The notes: a model not told the origin generated them from the sequence alone. Shown: positions 48,371-58,715, counted from the first letter of the stretch. The stretch is DNA of 64,000 nucleotides from Gemmatimonadota bacterium (GCA_965116475.1 OZ220691.1:1088001-1152000), one strand, 5' to 3'. Translations and numbers: made by a program.

Positions 48371-49414
48371 ATGAAGATCAGGAACCGGAGGGCGGGAGGG
48401 GTCACGTGGGCCGCCTGCCTGCTCGTCCCCGTCGCCGCGTTCGCCCTGGCGACCGCGGGAGAACCGGACGCGAAGCTGGATTCGGTCTCCGCCGCGCAGG
48501 CCTTCATCTCCCTGCTCGACGAGGCGGGACGCGAGAAGGCGCTCTTCTCCCTGGAGGACGAGGAGCGCTTCAACTGGCACTTCGTCCCGAGGGCCCGGAA
48601 CGGACTGCCGCTCGCCGACATGACGAGCGAGCAGCGCGGCGCCGCGCACGATCTCCTTCAGGCCGCCATGAGCAGCCAGGGCTTTCTGAAGGCCAGCGCG
48701 ATCATCGAACTGGAGCGCATCCTGGGACTCCTGGAGGGGCGGCCCGAGCGCCGGGATCCGGAGAACTACTATGTCGCGATCTTCGGCGACCCGTCCGCGG
48801 ACGGGCCGTGGGCGTGGCGGTTCGAGGGGCATCACCTCTCCCTCAACTTCTCATCGCCTTCCGATCTGCTCACGGTGACGGGGCCCGCGTTCATGGGCGC
48901 GAACCCGGCCCGCGTGCCGTCGGGCCCGAAGGCGGGCTGGCGGCCGCTGGGGCGGGAGGAAGACCTGGCCCGCGCGCTGATGCGGAGCTTCACGCCGGAG
49001 CAGCGCGAGCGGGCGACCATCGCGACCGAGGCTCCCAGCGACATCCTCACCGGGAACGACCGCGAGGCCCGGCTCGACGCGTTCGAGGGTCTGCCCGCCG
49101 ACGCCATGACGGCGGAGCAGCGCGCGGTCCTGTTCGAGATCGTGCACGAGTACGCGGGGAACGCGACGACGGGCGCCGACTGGATGGCGCGGGTGGAGAA
49201 CGAGATTCCGGCGAGCGACATCCACTTCGCCTGGGCGGGTCCGCTCGACCCCGGCGCGGGACACTACTACCGGGTCCACGCGCCGACCTTCCTCATCGAG
49301 TACGACAACACGCAGAACGACGCGAACCACGTGCACTCGGTGTGGCGGGATCTGGAGAACGACTTCGGGGGCGACGCGCTGGCGCGCCACTACGAGGAGT
49401 CCGACCACCACTGA
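48371..49414 (+). CDS. DUF3500 domain protein
   Basis: WHFVP, WRFEGHHLSLN, IEYDNTQNDANHVHSVWRD. Signal peptide and AGGAGG RBS. Confidence 0.88.
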   Translation: MKIRNRRAGGVTWAACLLVPVAAFALATAGEPDAKLDSVSAAQAFISLLDEAGREKALFSLEDEERFNWHFVPRARNGLPLADMTSEQRGAAHDLLQAAMSSQGFLKASAIIELERILGLLEGRPERRDPENYYVAIFGDPSADGPWAWRFEGHHLSLNFSSPSDLLTVTGPAFMGANPARVPSGPKAGWRPLGREEDLARALMRSFTPEQRERATIATEAPSDILTGNDREARLDAFEGLPADAMTAEQRAVLFEIVHEYAGNATTGADWMARVENEIPASDIHFAWAGPLDPGAGHYYRVHAPTFLIEYDNTQNDANHVHSVWRDLENDFGGDALARHYEESDHH

Positions 49415-49454
49415 CGCCGCGCGGCCCGGCGAACCCGGTCCCGCGCGGACAGGT

Positions 49455-51899
49455 TTACCGCCCGATGAGCCTCAGGAAGCGGGGGTCCCGGCGCACGCGC
49501 TCGAAGTCGTCGGCGCCCGGCAGCGTCTGCCGTCGACCCGGATTGAGTTCGACCGCCCGCTCAAGGGCGTTGAAGGCGTCGTCTTCGCGCCCGTCGTCGA
49601 GCAGGAGCGCGGCCAGCGTCACCCACGCGTTGTCGTTCTCCGGCGACCTGTCCGCAGCGTCGCGCGCCAGCGCCAGGGCGCCCTGCAGGTCGCCGTCCCG
49701 CCGCAGCCGCGAGGCTTCGCGCAGCATCTGGCCCGAACGGTACATGTTGAGGACCCGGCGCAGTTCGGCGAGCGGTGCGTCGTGGTCGTCGACCCGGATG
49801 TCGACGACGCGGTCGCTGTAGCCGCCGTTGACGCGCGGCGCCACGACGAGGATGGCGCCGGACTGCATGCCGCGCGCGTCGCCGCCGGCCGCCTGAGCGG
49901 CGTCGAGCGCGTCCATGAGCCGTTCCGCGAGCGGTCCCGTGGAGGCTTCGAACGAGGCCGCCATCGCGTCGACGACCTCGGGCCCGGTGAGGATGTTCCC
50001 CTGCGCGCAGTAGTCCACGCCGCACCTGTGGCCCTTCCAGTCGCTCGCGCCGGTGCCGGTCCAGGCAGCCGTCCGTCCCTGCTGGTCGAGGATCGCAACC
50101 TGGCGCCGATCCCGGCCCTCGTCGCTTCCCACCATCATCTCGAGCGCCTCCTCGGGCGAGTAGCCGGCCTGCAGGAGCTCGATGCCGATCGCCCCGTACA
50201 TGGGGTTCGCGGCGGCCTGGTGGGCGATGATCACGAGTCCGCCCTTCGCGTGCATGGCGCGGTTTCCGGCCCCGAACGCCTTCGACTGCACACCCATCCC
50301 CAGCTCGCCGGTCGCGGGGTCGCGCCCGATGATCGAGTACGTCCCGAGGTAGTTCGGGTCGTAGTTCGGGTCGACGAGGTCCGCCGCGCCCGATGTCGGA
50401 ACCATGCGCGGCTCGGGGACCGCTTCGGGCGAAGCCCAGGCACCGCCCAGCGCCCGATGGACGGCCAGCCTCGCCAGGGCCAGGTCTCGCGTCGCGCCCG
50501 CCAGCGCCGCCTCGACGTTCAGGAGCGTGCGCAGGGCGTCGAGATAATCGGTGTAGCCCACGACCCCCGACTCGTATCGCTGCGACTGCAGCTCCATCGT
50601 CGCCTGCGCCTCCTCGCGCTGGGAGGCGAGGAACGCGTGCCGTCGCGTCTCGTTCTCCAGGCCGGCGAGTGCGGTTTCGACTTCGTTCACCGCCGTCACC
50701 ACGGTCCGTCCGTACGCCGCGGCGGCTTCATCGAAAAGGCCCTCGGCCAACGCGAGATTGTTCCGGAGCCTACCGGCCTGGAAGATGGGCGCGGTCAGGT
50801 TCGTGATCAGGTTCGTGAACCACTGCTGTGCGTTGAAGAGTTCGCCGGCATCGGAGCTTGCGAGCCCGATGGAACCGGAGAGCGAGAGCGACGGAAGCAG
50901 CTGGGCCCGGCGTGCGCCGATACTGTAGCGGGCCGCGTCGAGCCGCTGGCCCGCCGCCCTCACGTCTGGCCGCTGGTACAGGAGATCCGCCGGAATCCCG
51001 GCGGGGACCGGGTCCGCCGCCAGTTGCGGCGCGAGAGAGTCGGGCAGGATCTCCTCGACGTCGTCCCGATAGCCGCCCAGCAGAACGGCCAGGCGGGCCT
51101 CGGCGCCCGTGAGCTGCGTTTCGAGCTGCGGCAGCCCCGCCTGCGTGTTCCTGAGATCCTGGCGAACCTGGGACAGCGTCCAGGAGTCGATCAGCCCGCG
51201 ATCGTAGCTCGTTGACGCCAGCGACTCGCGTTCGAGCAGCACCTCCACCGTCTCGCGGGCCAGTCCGCTCTGCCGCCGCAGGCTGACGATGTCGAAGTAC
51301 GTGGTGATGGTCTCGGCCAGGATGCCGATCCGCGCCGCATGGAAATCCGATTCCGAAGCCAGGTAGTGTGACCCCGCCGCCCGCGCGTCGTTGCGGGCGC
51401 GTCCCCAGAAGTCCAGCTCCCAGGCGAAATCCGCACTGACCGAATACGTCGTCAGCTCGATTCTTTCCGGAAACGCGAAACCCGCGACCGTATCTCCCGG
51501 ACTGCCGAGCCCGAGAGCCTGTATCTGCGCCCCGATGCCGGCGTCCGTCGGCTGGTCGACGTCGTTGACGGCGCCGCTCGCCCCGACGCTCGGGAAGAGG
51601 TCGGCCCGCGCCATGCGCGCCCTCGCGCGAGCCTGACGGACGCGCGCGACGCCCGCGGCGAGGTCGAAGTTGGAGGCGAGCACGGAATCGACCACGGCGT
51701 CGAGCACCGGATCCCGGAACGTCGTCCACCACTGCAACGGCTCATATGTCCCCGGCGGCAACAGGGCCGTGAAGTCCTCCGGCATCTCCGCCACCGGCTC
51801 CGGCAGGGACGGCCCCGGGGCCAGCGAACAGGCGGAGAGCAGCAGGAGCGGGGCGAGCCGCAGCAGTCTCGTCACACGCGGTGCTTCCGTGCGCGCCAT
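49455..51899 (-). CDS. NodT/TolC-family outer-membrane efflux lipoprotein fused in frame to DUF1028 (Ntn-hydrolase-like) + TPR
   Basis: LLLLSAC lipobox, WWTTFRDPVL, WELDFWGR, RPDVRAA and HRALGGAW. Then TYSIIGRDPATGELG, QGNIL, AGGDARGMQS, DIRVDDH and TPR helices. Confidence 0.85.
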   Translation of the reverse strand: MARTEAPRVTRLLRLAPLLLLSACSLAPGPSLPEPVAEMPEDFTALLPPGTYEPLQWWTTFRDPVLDAVVDSVLASNFDLAAGVARVRQARARARMARADLFPSVGASGAVNDVDQPTDAGIGAQIQALGLGSPGDTVAGFAFPERIELTTYSVSADFAWELDFWGRARNDARAAGSHYLASESDFHAARIGILAETITTYFDIVSLRRQSGLARETVEVLLERESLASTSYDRGLIDSWTLSQVRQDLRNTQAGLPQLETQLTGAEARLAVLLGGYRDDVEEILPDSLAPQLAADPVPAGIPADLLYQRPDVRAAGQRLDAARYSIGARRAQLLPSLSLSGSIGLASSDAGELFNAQQWFTNLITNLTAPIFQAGRLRNNLALAEGLFDEAAAAYGRTVVTAVNEVETALAGLENETRRHAFLASQREEAQATMELQSQRYESGVVGYTDYLDALRTLLNVEAALAGATRDLALARLAVHRALGGAWASPEAVPEPRMVPTSGAADLVDPNYDPNYLGTYSIIGRDPATGELGMGVQSKAFGAGNRAMHAKGGLVIIAHQAAANPMYGAIGIELLQAGYSPEEALEMMVGSDEGRDRRQVAILDQQGRTAAWTGTGASDWKGHRCGVDYCAQGNILTGPEVVDAMAASFEASTGPLAERLMDALDAAQAAGGDARGMQSGAILVVAPRVNGGYSDRVVDIRVDDHDAPLAELRRVLNMYRSGQMLREASRLRRDGDLQGALALARDAADRSPENDNAWVTLAALLLDDGREDDAFNALERAVELNPGRRQTLPGADDFERVRRDPRFLRLIGR

Positions 51900-51906
51900 C
51901 GCCTGC

Positions 51907-52623
51907 TCAGGGCGCGATGCTGAAGCCGAACACCAGGTGCGCCCGGTCCTGGTCGGGATTCAGGATGTACGCGACGCTCACCGGCACGGCGAAGGTCTCC
52001 GTGATCGCGAGGTCCTTGCTCGCCGTGACCCCCAGGTTGACCACGGCCGCCTCGTCGGTGCCGTAGAAGTCGCTCTCGCCGCCCACGAAACCCAGGTGCA
52101 GCCCGACACCCACTCCCGACACCTCGAAGGGCACGCCGACCTCCCCGTACAGCACGCTGCTCTCGGTGAGCATGCCTCCGAAAAGGGAGATCGGGAAGGT
52201 CTCCGGACCCGAGAAGGCGAGCGACATCTCCACCGTGTGCGATGCGCCGGCCCCGAAGCCCGTGCGGGCGTCGGGCGAGGGGAAGTAGTAGTCCGTGATC
52301 CCGACCGCGACGGAGAGGCCCGACTCGGCCGTCACCGTGTAGGTCGCCCAGAGATCGTTCTCGTTGGCGGAGGCGCCCGAGGCGGAGATGGAGTACGAAC
52401 CCCACGCACCGAACTCGAGCCCTCCGGCACCAAAGGTGATCGCCGGCTGCACGGCCATGGACTCGCCGAAGTCGACGCCGCGCCATACGTAGCGGCTGAC
52501 GACGTCGGCTCCGATGGAGGCCGACTGGCCCCACACGGGGGCGGCGAAGGCGAAGAGGGCCACGACGGCAACAGCGAGCCGGAGGCCCCGGAACCGGAAC
52601 GAATCAACGCGGATCACGGACAC
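51907..52623 (-). CDS. TorF/Gcw_chp-like putative outer-membrane porin
   Basis: Signal peptide, SRYVWRG, QP...G...GAWGS, ENDL and DYYFP. Confidence 0.75.
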   Translation of the reverse strand: MSVIRVDSFRFRGLRLAVAVVALFAFAAPVWGQSASIGADVVSRYVWRGVDFGESMAVQPAITFGAGGLEFGAWGSYSISASGASANENDLWATYTVTAESGLSVAVGITDYYFPSPDARTGFGAGASHTVEMSLAFSGPETFPISLFGGMLTESSVLYGEVGVPFEVSGVGVGLHLGFVGGESDFYGTDEAAVVNLGVTASKDLAITETFAVPVSVAYILNPDQDRAHLVFGFSIAP

Positions 52624-53486
52624 GATTCTTCTCCTCTCTCGATAGTGACCCGGGAGCGAAGCATGGACTCCGCCGAACCCCGGAAGACGCCGCGAGTGGG
52701 CGGAACATCCGCATAATCGCGGCCCACCGCGACCCGCACATGGCGCACATCGCATTGTGTATCGTTGGTCGGATCGAAGCCGACCCAGCCCATGCCGGGA
52801 AACCAGCTCTCGACCCAGGCATGGCTTTCGCCCCTCGTCACGCCACCGCCGTTCCCACCATCCGGACCCAGATAACCGGACACGTAACGGGTCGGGATCC
52901 CCCAACCCCGCAGGATCGAAGCCATGACATGCGCGTAGTCCTGGCACACACCCTCGCGGCTCTCCAGGATGCGCTCGATCGGCGAATCCACGGCGGTCGT
53001 ACCTGGAATATAATCAAACGACTCGTGGAGCCGGCTCCGCAGGGCCGTGGCGGTCGCCAGCGGGTCGTCCCCGCGCTCGATGCCGCAGCTCGTGATGAAG
53101 TCGGCGAGGAGTGGCGAGGAGCGGACGAAACGGCTGGGCTGCAGCATCAGCCCGAGTTCGGGAGCGCTCGCCGCCGCGCCGAGCCGGGCCCATGCCTCTT
53201 CCCCGACCTCGACGGGCGTCTCCGGCATGGGACCCACCTCCACGGTCGAACGTCCGACGATCGAGAGACGGCGATGCGTCCCGGGGCGATCGAAGAAGTG
53301 GCCCCGATTGTGAAACGGCCCCTCGAACTCGAACACCGGGCCGGCCGGGTCGGTCTCGATCGCGAAACGGCGCACCACCTGTCTTCGATCCTGCACGGGG
53401 TGCAGATAGAGCGTCATGACCGACGCCCGAACCGGCGCGCTGTACACGAACTCGACCGCGTGTTCGATCGTGTAGCGCACGATCAT
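52614..53486 (-). CDS. Transglutaminase family protein (Bact_transglu_N + core)
   Basis: Catalytic triad GVCQDYAH, SHAWVE and FDPTN. RYVSGYL and GRDYADVPP. Confidence 0.93.
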   Translation of the reverse strand: MIVRYTIEHAVEFVYSAPVRASVMTLYLHPVQDRRQVVRRFAIETDPAGPVFEFEGPFHNRGHFFDRPGTHRRLSIVGRSTVEVGPMPETPVEVGEEAWARLGAAASAPELGLMLQPSRFVRSSPLLADFITSCGIERGDDPLATATALRSRLHESFDYIPGTTAVDSPIERILESREGVCQDYAHVMASILRGWGIPTRYVSGYLGPDGGNGGGVTRGESHAWVESWFPGMGWVGFDPTNDTQCDVRHVRVAVGRDYADVPPTRGVFRGSAESMLRSRVTIERGEESCP

Positions 53487-54466
53487 GACGGGAGTCCCGC
53501 GGTCACCGGGTAGTCGACGTACGTGGCCTGCACCAGGTCGTGCAGGGTCCGGCTGTCGCGCGTCAGAGCACCGAAGGCCTTCCCGGGCCCGGCGTCGGGT
53601 ACGGGTTCCGCCTCGCCCGGGTCGAGTTCGAGGGCCGCGGCGATCCGGAGCGCCAGGCGGTGCGGCGCGGCGAGCGGCGGCCGTCCGCCGGCCGGGTCGA
53701 TGCCCCGCAGCGTGGATTCGATGCGGCCGGTGGCGTAGTGCAGCGAACGGGAAACCTGCGGGTTCCGCATCAGAAAGCCGAGCACGGAGCTGCGCCGCAG
53801 CGCGAGAGACCGGTCCCGGCGGTAGGGTTCGAAGGCGCCGCACACGCGCAGCAGATCGGCCCAGGAGAGGGCCAGGCCGTCGCCTTCCGGCCGGGCGATC
53901 CGATCCCATACTTCGAGCAGCACGATCTGCTGCTGCAGCCGTTCCACGTAGCGGCCGAGTTCGAGGAAGCGCCACGCATCGTCCCTGGCCATGCTGGCGT
54001 CCACGACCCCGGCGAGGAGGCGCAGCCGGTCGATCGCCTGGCTCACGAGAGCCGCCGGTCCTTCGCCCCATACTTCAGCGAACTCCGTCTCCTGGAGCCA
54101 GAGGAACCCCTGGTTCAGACACACCCACACCCGCAGGGGCAGCCGGGGCCGGATCTCCCTGGCGTTTTCCCGCGCCATCCCCCAGCACGAAATCATCGAC
54201 GCCGGGTTCGTCGTGTCTTCGACGAGGCCGCCGGTCAACGTGTAGGCATCCGCGATGAGGAAGGCTTCGGCCTCGTCCACATCGGCCGGCGCCTGGGGCG
54301 GGGACTGACTCAGCGCCCGGTAGACGACGCGCCACCCGAGGGCGAGTTCATCGGCGTCCGTATCCACGAGACGGGTCAGCTGATACTCGAGCAGGCGGGC
54401 CGTGTTTTCGGTCCGTTCCGCGTAGCGGCCGAGCCAGTAGAAGTTCGCCGCCATCCGGGCTAGCAT
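53483..54466 (-). CDS. Alpha-E domain protein (DUF403)
   Basis: YWLGRYAERTENTAR, ARENAR and FLELGRYVER. Confidence 0.92.
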   Translation of the reverse strand: MLARMAANFYWLGRYAERTENTARLLEYQLTRLVDTDADELALGWRVVYRALSQSPPQAPADVDEAEAFLIADAYTLTGGLVEDTTNPASMISCWGMARENAREIRPRLPLRVWVCLNQGFLWLQETEFAEVWGEGPAALVSQAIDRLRLLAGVVDASMARDDAWRFLELGRYVERLQQQIVLLEVWDRIARPEGDGLALSWADLLRVCGAFEPYRRDRSLALRRSSVLGFLMRNPQVSRSLHYATGRIESTLRGIDPAGGRPPLAAPHRLALRIAAALELDPGEAEPVPDAGPGKAFGALTRDSRTLHDLVQATYVDYPVTAGLPS

Positions 54467-54490
54467 CGTCCGTCGCCTCTCACCCGTCCG

Positions 54491-55990
54491 CTACTCACGG
54501 AGGATCCAGAGATCCTTGCAGCCTCCGCCCTGGCTGGAGTTCACGACCAGGCTTCCCTTCCTCAGCGCAACGCGGCACAGCCCCCCGGGAACGACATGCT
54601 GCGTTTCGCTCCCCTGGAGAACGAAGGGGCGCAGGTCCACGTGGCGAGGCTCCAGCCGTCCGTCCACGAAACAGCCGGCCCGTGAGAGGGGCAGCACGGG
54701 CTGCGAGATGTAGTTGGCCGGGTCGCTCCGCAGGTGCTCCGCGAACGCTTTCCGCTCGGCTTTCGTCGCATGCGGACCCACAAGCATCCCGTAGCCGCCG
54801 CTCCCGCCGACTTCCTTGACGACGAGTTCCTCCAGGTTGTCCAGCGTGTAGGCGAGGCCGTCCGGCTCCCGGCAGAGATGGGTCTCGACGTTGGCCAGAA
54901 TCGGCTCCTCATCCAGAAAATAGCGGATGATGCGGGGGACGTACGCGTACAGCGCCTTGTCGTCCGCCACGCCCGTGCCCGGCGCGTTGGCGAGCACCAG
55001 GTTGCCGGCGCGGTAGGCGTGGAAGAGGCCGGCGGCCCCCAGGACGGAGTCGTCCCGGAACGCGATCGGATCCAGAAAATCGTCATCGATCCGCCGATAG
55101 AGCACGTCGATCCGCCGCAGACCCGCGGCCGTGCGGGCGTACAGCGTCGCGTCGTGCACGACGAGATCCCGCCCCTCCACCAGATCCACGCCCATCTCGC
55201 CGGCCAGGAACGCGTGCTCGTAGTAGGCGGAGTTGTAGCGGCCCGGCGTCAGCACGGCCATGCGGGGCGTCTCCGCGGTCCGCGAGAGCGACGCGAGCGT
55301 CGAGTAGAGGCGCTCCGGGTAGTCCGCCACCTCGCGGACCCCGTACGCCCGATACAGGTAGGGGAAAGCCCACTTCATCGCCGTGCGGCAGGCGAGCATG
55401 TAGGAAACGCCCGACGGGACGCGGAGATTGTCCTCCAGCACCGCGAAGGTGTCGCCGGCGCGCACGATGTCCGTCCCGCACACGGCGACGTAGACATCGT
55501 GCGGCACCTTCATCTCCCGCATCTCGAGGCGGTACTGCGGACAGCTGAGCACGAGGTCGACCGGGACGATGCCGTCCCGCAGCGACTTCCCGTCGTGGTA
55601 GACATCGTGCAGGAACAGGTTGAGGGCGGCGAGGCGCTGCTTCAGCCCCCGCTCGATGTGATCCCACTCCTCGGCGGTGATGAGGCGCGGCACGCAGTCG
55701 ATGGGGATGATCTGCTCCGAGACATCTTCGACGCCGAGGACCGTGAACGTGATCCCCTCATGGACGAAACGCCGGTACACCCCGTCCTGGAGCCGCTCCA
55801 GATCTTCGGGGGGGATCTTCGAGAGGGCGGCGCCGAGCCGGCGCGCCCGCGCCCTGGGCGTACCGTCCTCGTGGAACAACTCGTCGTGAAACGCGGCATC
55901 CAGCTCGTAGTGCCGGAAAGGCCCGGACCCCGCCGAGATCGCGGGGTCCGGGTCGGCATAGCCGTGATCGACGAACGTCACCGCCGACAT
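54491..55990 (-). CDS. Circularly permuted type 2 ATP-grasp protein
   Basis: GITFTV, LEDNLRVPSGVSY, YRRIDDDFLDP, NAPGTGVADDK, GSGGYG and VNSSQGGGCKD. Confidence 0.94.
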   Translation of the reverse strand: MSAVTFVDHGYADPDPAISAGSGPFRHYELDAAFHDELFHEDGTPRARARRLGAALSKIPPEDLERLQDGVYRRFVHEGITFTVLGVEDVSEQIIPIDCVPRLITAEEWDHIERGLKQRLAALNLFLHDVYHDGKSLRDGIVPVDLVLSCPQYRLEMREMKVPHDVYVAVCGTDIVRAGDTFAVLEDNLRVPSGVSYMLACRTAMKWAFPYLYRAYGVREVADYPERLYSTLASLSRTAETPRMAVLTPGRYNSAYYEHAFLAGEMGVDLVEGRDLVVHDATLYARTAAGLRRIDVLYRRIDDDFLDPIAFRDDSVLGAAGLFHAYRAGNLVLANAPGTGVADDKALYAYVPRIIRYFLDEEPILANVETHLCREPDGLAYTLDNLEELVVKEVGGSGGYGMLVGPHATKAERKAFAEHLRSDPANYISQPVLPLSRAGCFVDGRLEPRHVDLRPFVLQGSETQHVVPGGLCRVALRKGSLVVNSSQGGGCKDLWILRE

Positions 55991-56024
55991 TGAACGCTAC
56001 CCGTCGCTACCCGTGGGCGGACGC

Positions 56025-57434
56025 TCAGTCCGCGTCGCGGTAGTCGTTGTCGTCGTCCGGATCCACCATGAGGACGAATTCGGGATAGGCATCGATCCCG
56101 AGTTCCGCCGCGTCCTGGCCGATGCTCTCGACGCTCCGCGACACGCGAACGCCCATCGTCCTGTCCAGCACCGTCCAGAAGATCCAGGAAACGGAGAAGA
56201 CGAACGCGCCCACGGCCGCGACGCCGGTCAACTGCACCCAGACATCGCCGCCGGCCGCGATGGCGGTGGCGAGCGTGCCCCAGATTCCGGCGAACAGGTG
56301 TGCGGGCACGGCGCCGACCACGTCGTCGATCCGCCGCACCTCGAGCAGCTTCAGCCCGAACATGCACAGGAGCGAGCCGACGGCGCCGATCAGGATCGCC
56401 CACAGCGAGTTGGTGATGTTCGGTCCCGCGGTGATCGCCACCATGCCGGAGATCGCCCCGTTGAGTGTGGCGAAGAGGTCGACCCGGCCGAGTATGGACC
56501 GGGACAGGCAGAGCGCCGTGATGACGCCGGCCGCGGCGGCGAGGTTCGTGTTCACGAGGATGTTGCTCATGGAGACCGCGTTGACAACGCCCGAGAGGGC
56601 GAGTTCGGAGCCCCCGTTGAAGCCGAACCAGCCCATCCAGAGGATGAACACCCCCAGCGTGACGGCGGGGATGTTCGAGGGCGGGGTCAGCTTGATGGAG
56701 CCGTCCTTGCGGTACTTGCCCCAGCGCGGACCCACGACGAGTGCGCCGGCCAGCGCCGCCCAGCCGCCGGTCGAGTGCACGATCGTGGAGCCGGCGAAGT
56801 CCGTGAAGCCCATCTGTCCGAGCCAGCCGCCACCCCACGTCCACGCGCCGACGATGGGGTAGATGACCGCGGTGAGCCCGCCCACGAAGACGAAGAAGGT
56901 CCAGAGCTTGACCCGCTCGGCCAGCGCGCCGGAGACGATCGAGGCAGTCGTGGCGACGAAGACCATCTGGAAGAACCAGTCCGACATCACGGAGTAGCCG
57001 TTCTCCGCGACGGCGGCGGCCGCGCCTTCGTCCCCGCCGATGAGCGCGACCTCGTCGGCGGACGGGCCGTAGAGGAAGCTGATCGACCCGATCAGGCTCC
57101 CGACGTCCACGTACATGAGGTTGTAGCCGATGACGTAGTACATGAGACCCGCAATCGAGTACAGTCCGATGTTCTTCATGCAGATCATGGACGCGCTCTT
57201 GGACCGCACGGACCCGGCTTCGAGCATCGTGAAACCCGCGCACATCCACATCACGAGCACGCCCCAGACGAGGAACGAATACGTGTTGAGGACGAACCCG
57301 AGATCTCCGACAACGTCCTGCGCGGCGACGACGGCCGGCGCCAGGAGGAGGCCCGCGCCGGAGAGCAGCGCGGCGGTTGCGAGATTCCTTCCCGCCGCGA
57401 ACCGGCGGGACCAGCGTACCTGATGGGTGCTCAC
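56025..57434 (-). CDS. amtB: Ammonium transporter (Amt family)
   Basis: GFTMLEAG, FFQMVF, DFAGSTIVH, GWFGFNGGS and DDVVGAVPAH. GTG start after AAGGAG. Confidence 0.95.
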   Translation of the reverse strand: MSTHQVRWSRRFAAGRNLATAALLSGAGLLLAPAVVAAQDVVGDLGFVLNTYSFLVWGVLVMWMCAGFTMLEAGSVRSKSASMICMKNIGLYSIAGLMYYVIGYNLMYVDVGSLIGSISFLYGPSADEVALIGGDEGAAAAVAENGYSVMSDWFFQMVFVATTASIVSGALAERVKLWTFFVFVGGLTAVIYPIVGAWTWGGGWLGQMGFTDFAGSTIVHSTGGWAALAGALVVGPRWGKYRKDGSIKLTPPSNIPAVTLGVFILWMGWFGFNGGSELALSGVVNAVSMSNILVNTNLAAAAGVITALCLSRSILGRVDLFATLNGAISGMVAITAGPNITNSLWAILIGAVGSLLCMFGLKLLEVRRIDDVVGAVPAHLFAGIWGTLATAIAAGGDVWVQLTGVAAVGAFVFSVSWIFWTVLDRTMGVRVSRSVESIGQDAAELGIDAYPEFVLMVDPDDDNDYRDAD

Positions 57435-57620
57435 GGCGGCTCCTTCTTCAACAGGTTCTGTCGGCTTGATCGTGCCCCTCCGCGACTCTCGATCTAGGTT
57501 GCGTCCCTGCTCGGCATCGCGCAACGGGTTCCCGGAGGGCCGGTAGCCGAACGGCGGCAGCCGCTTATCTTCGGGAGTGACCGGACTGCACCGGAATCTT
57601 CGACGAGAGGGCATATCATC

Positions 57621-58679
57621 ATGTGGAAACGCTCCATCGGAGTGGTCGCCGCATTCGGGTTGGGGCTGGCGCTCCCTGCCGCACACCCCCTCCTTGCCCA
57701 GGAAATCCGGGCTCGTGGCGGCTCCACCGTCACCGTGGGCGCCCGGATCCAGGCACAATACGAGGCTTCGAGCGTCGACGAGACGCCTTCGTCCTTCTTC
57801 ATCCGGCGCGCCTGGGTGACCATCGACGGGAGGCTCAACGATCTCGTCGCCGCCAGGGCGCAGTTCAACATCGACGGCGCATCGGTTCTCGAAGCGTACC
57901 TCGAACTCACACCCAGCGAGGCGCTGGAGATCCAGTTGGGGCAGTTCAAGAAGGGGATGTCGTACTTCTGGCTGGTGCCCAACGCCTGGCTCCCGATCAT
58001 CGAACGAGACGCCAGGGTCACGGGAGTGGATCACTGCCCCGGGGTCGGGAGCGTCTGCACCTTCGGCCGTCTCACCGGCGCGCTGGGCCTGGACAACTAC
58101 GAGCCCGGCATCCTCGCGCAGGGGCGCCCCAGCGACCACTTCGGCTACCGCTTCACGCTCACCAACGGCGAGGGGATCGGGAACAAGGACGTGAACACCG
58201 GGAAGTCGGCCTCGGGCCAGCTCTCGCTCTTCCCCACCGGAGGAAACACGCGCGTGTCCGCCTACTTCGCCCTGGACGAGACGCTCAACAGCCGGGACGA
58301 GACGATGGGAGTCCCCGCGATCGGGGCCGAGGTGGAATTCGGCACCTGGCTCGGCGGTCCCCACCTGATCGCCAACGTCCTGCAGGGCCGCAACTGGAAG
58401 CTGAACGATGACGCGAAGTTCTCCGCCTTCCAGTTCATGGCCTTCTGGTACGTTCCCACGGCCCCGGAGTCCGGGTTCTCGGGGATCGAGCCGATGCTGC
58501 GGGTAAGCTGGGTCGACTCCGGCGCGGAGCATCCGGAAAAGGTCACCGGGACGGTGGTCACGCCGGGCGTCATGGTGTACTTCGCGGGTCGAAACGGGAT
58601 CTCCACGAACGTGGACTTCTACAGCTCGGGCGGCCGGTCGGACTGGTCCTGGAAGGTGCAGGCGTTCGCGTTCTTCTGA
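57621..58679 (+). CDS. Porin (OprO/OprP-like beta-barrel)
   Basis: Signal peptide, FFIRRA, LEAY, GQFK and a C-terminal aromatic strand VQAFAFF. Confidence 0.7.
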   Translation: MWKRSIGVVAAFGLGLALPAAHPLLAQEIRARGGSTVTVGARIQAQYEASSVDETPSSFFIRRAWVTIDGRLNDLVAARAQFNIDGASVLEAYLELTPSEALEIQLGQFKKGMSYFWLVPNAWLPIIERDARVTGVDHCPGVGSVCTFGRLTGALGLDNYEPGILAQGRPSDHFGYRFTLTNGEGIGNKDVNTGKSASGQLSLFPTGGNTRVSAYFALDETLNSRDETMGVPAIGAEVEFGTWLGGPHLIANVLQGRNWKLNDDAKFSAFQFMAFWYVPTAPESGFSGIEPMLRVSWVDSGAEHPEKVTGTVVTPGVMVYFAGRNGISTNVDFYSSGGRSDWSWKVQAFAFF

Positions 58680-58715
58680 TCGGGCCCGGACGGGCCGCGA
58701 CGAATCAACGCATCA

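Noticed and set aside
57435-57620. Possible glutamine riboswitch or sigma-54 promoter upstream of amt
   Set aside because: A CGTT...GGGACGC resemblance exists, but the GGAAGUA core and a TGGCAC-N5-TTGC consensus were not found. An Infernal/Rfam scan would settle it.
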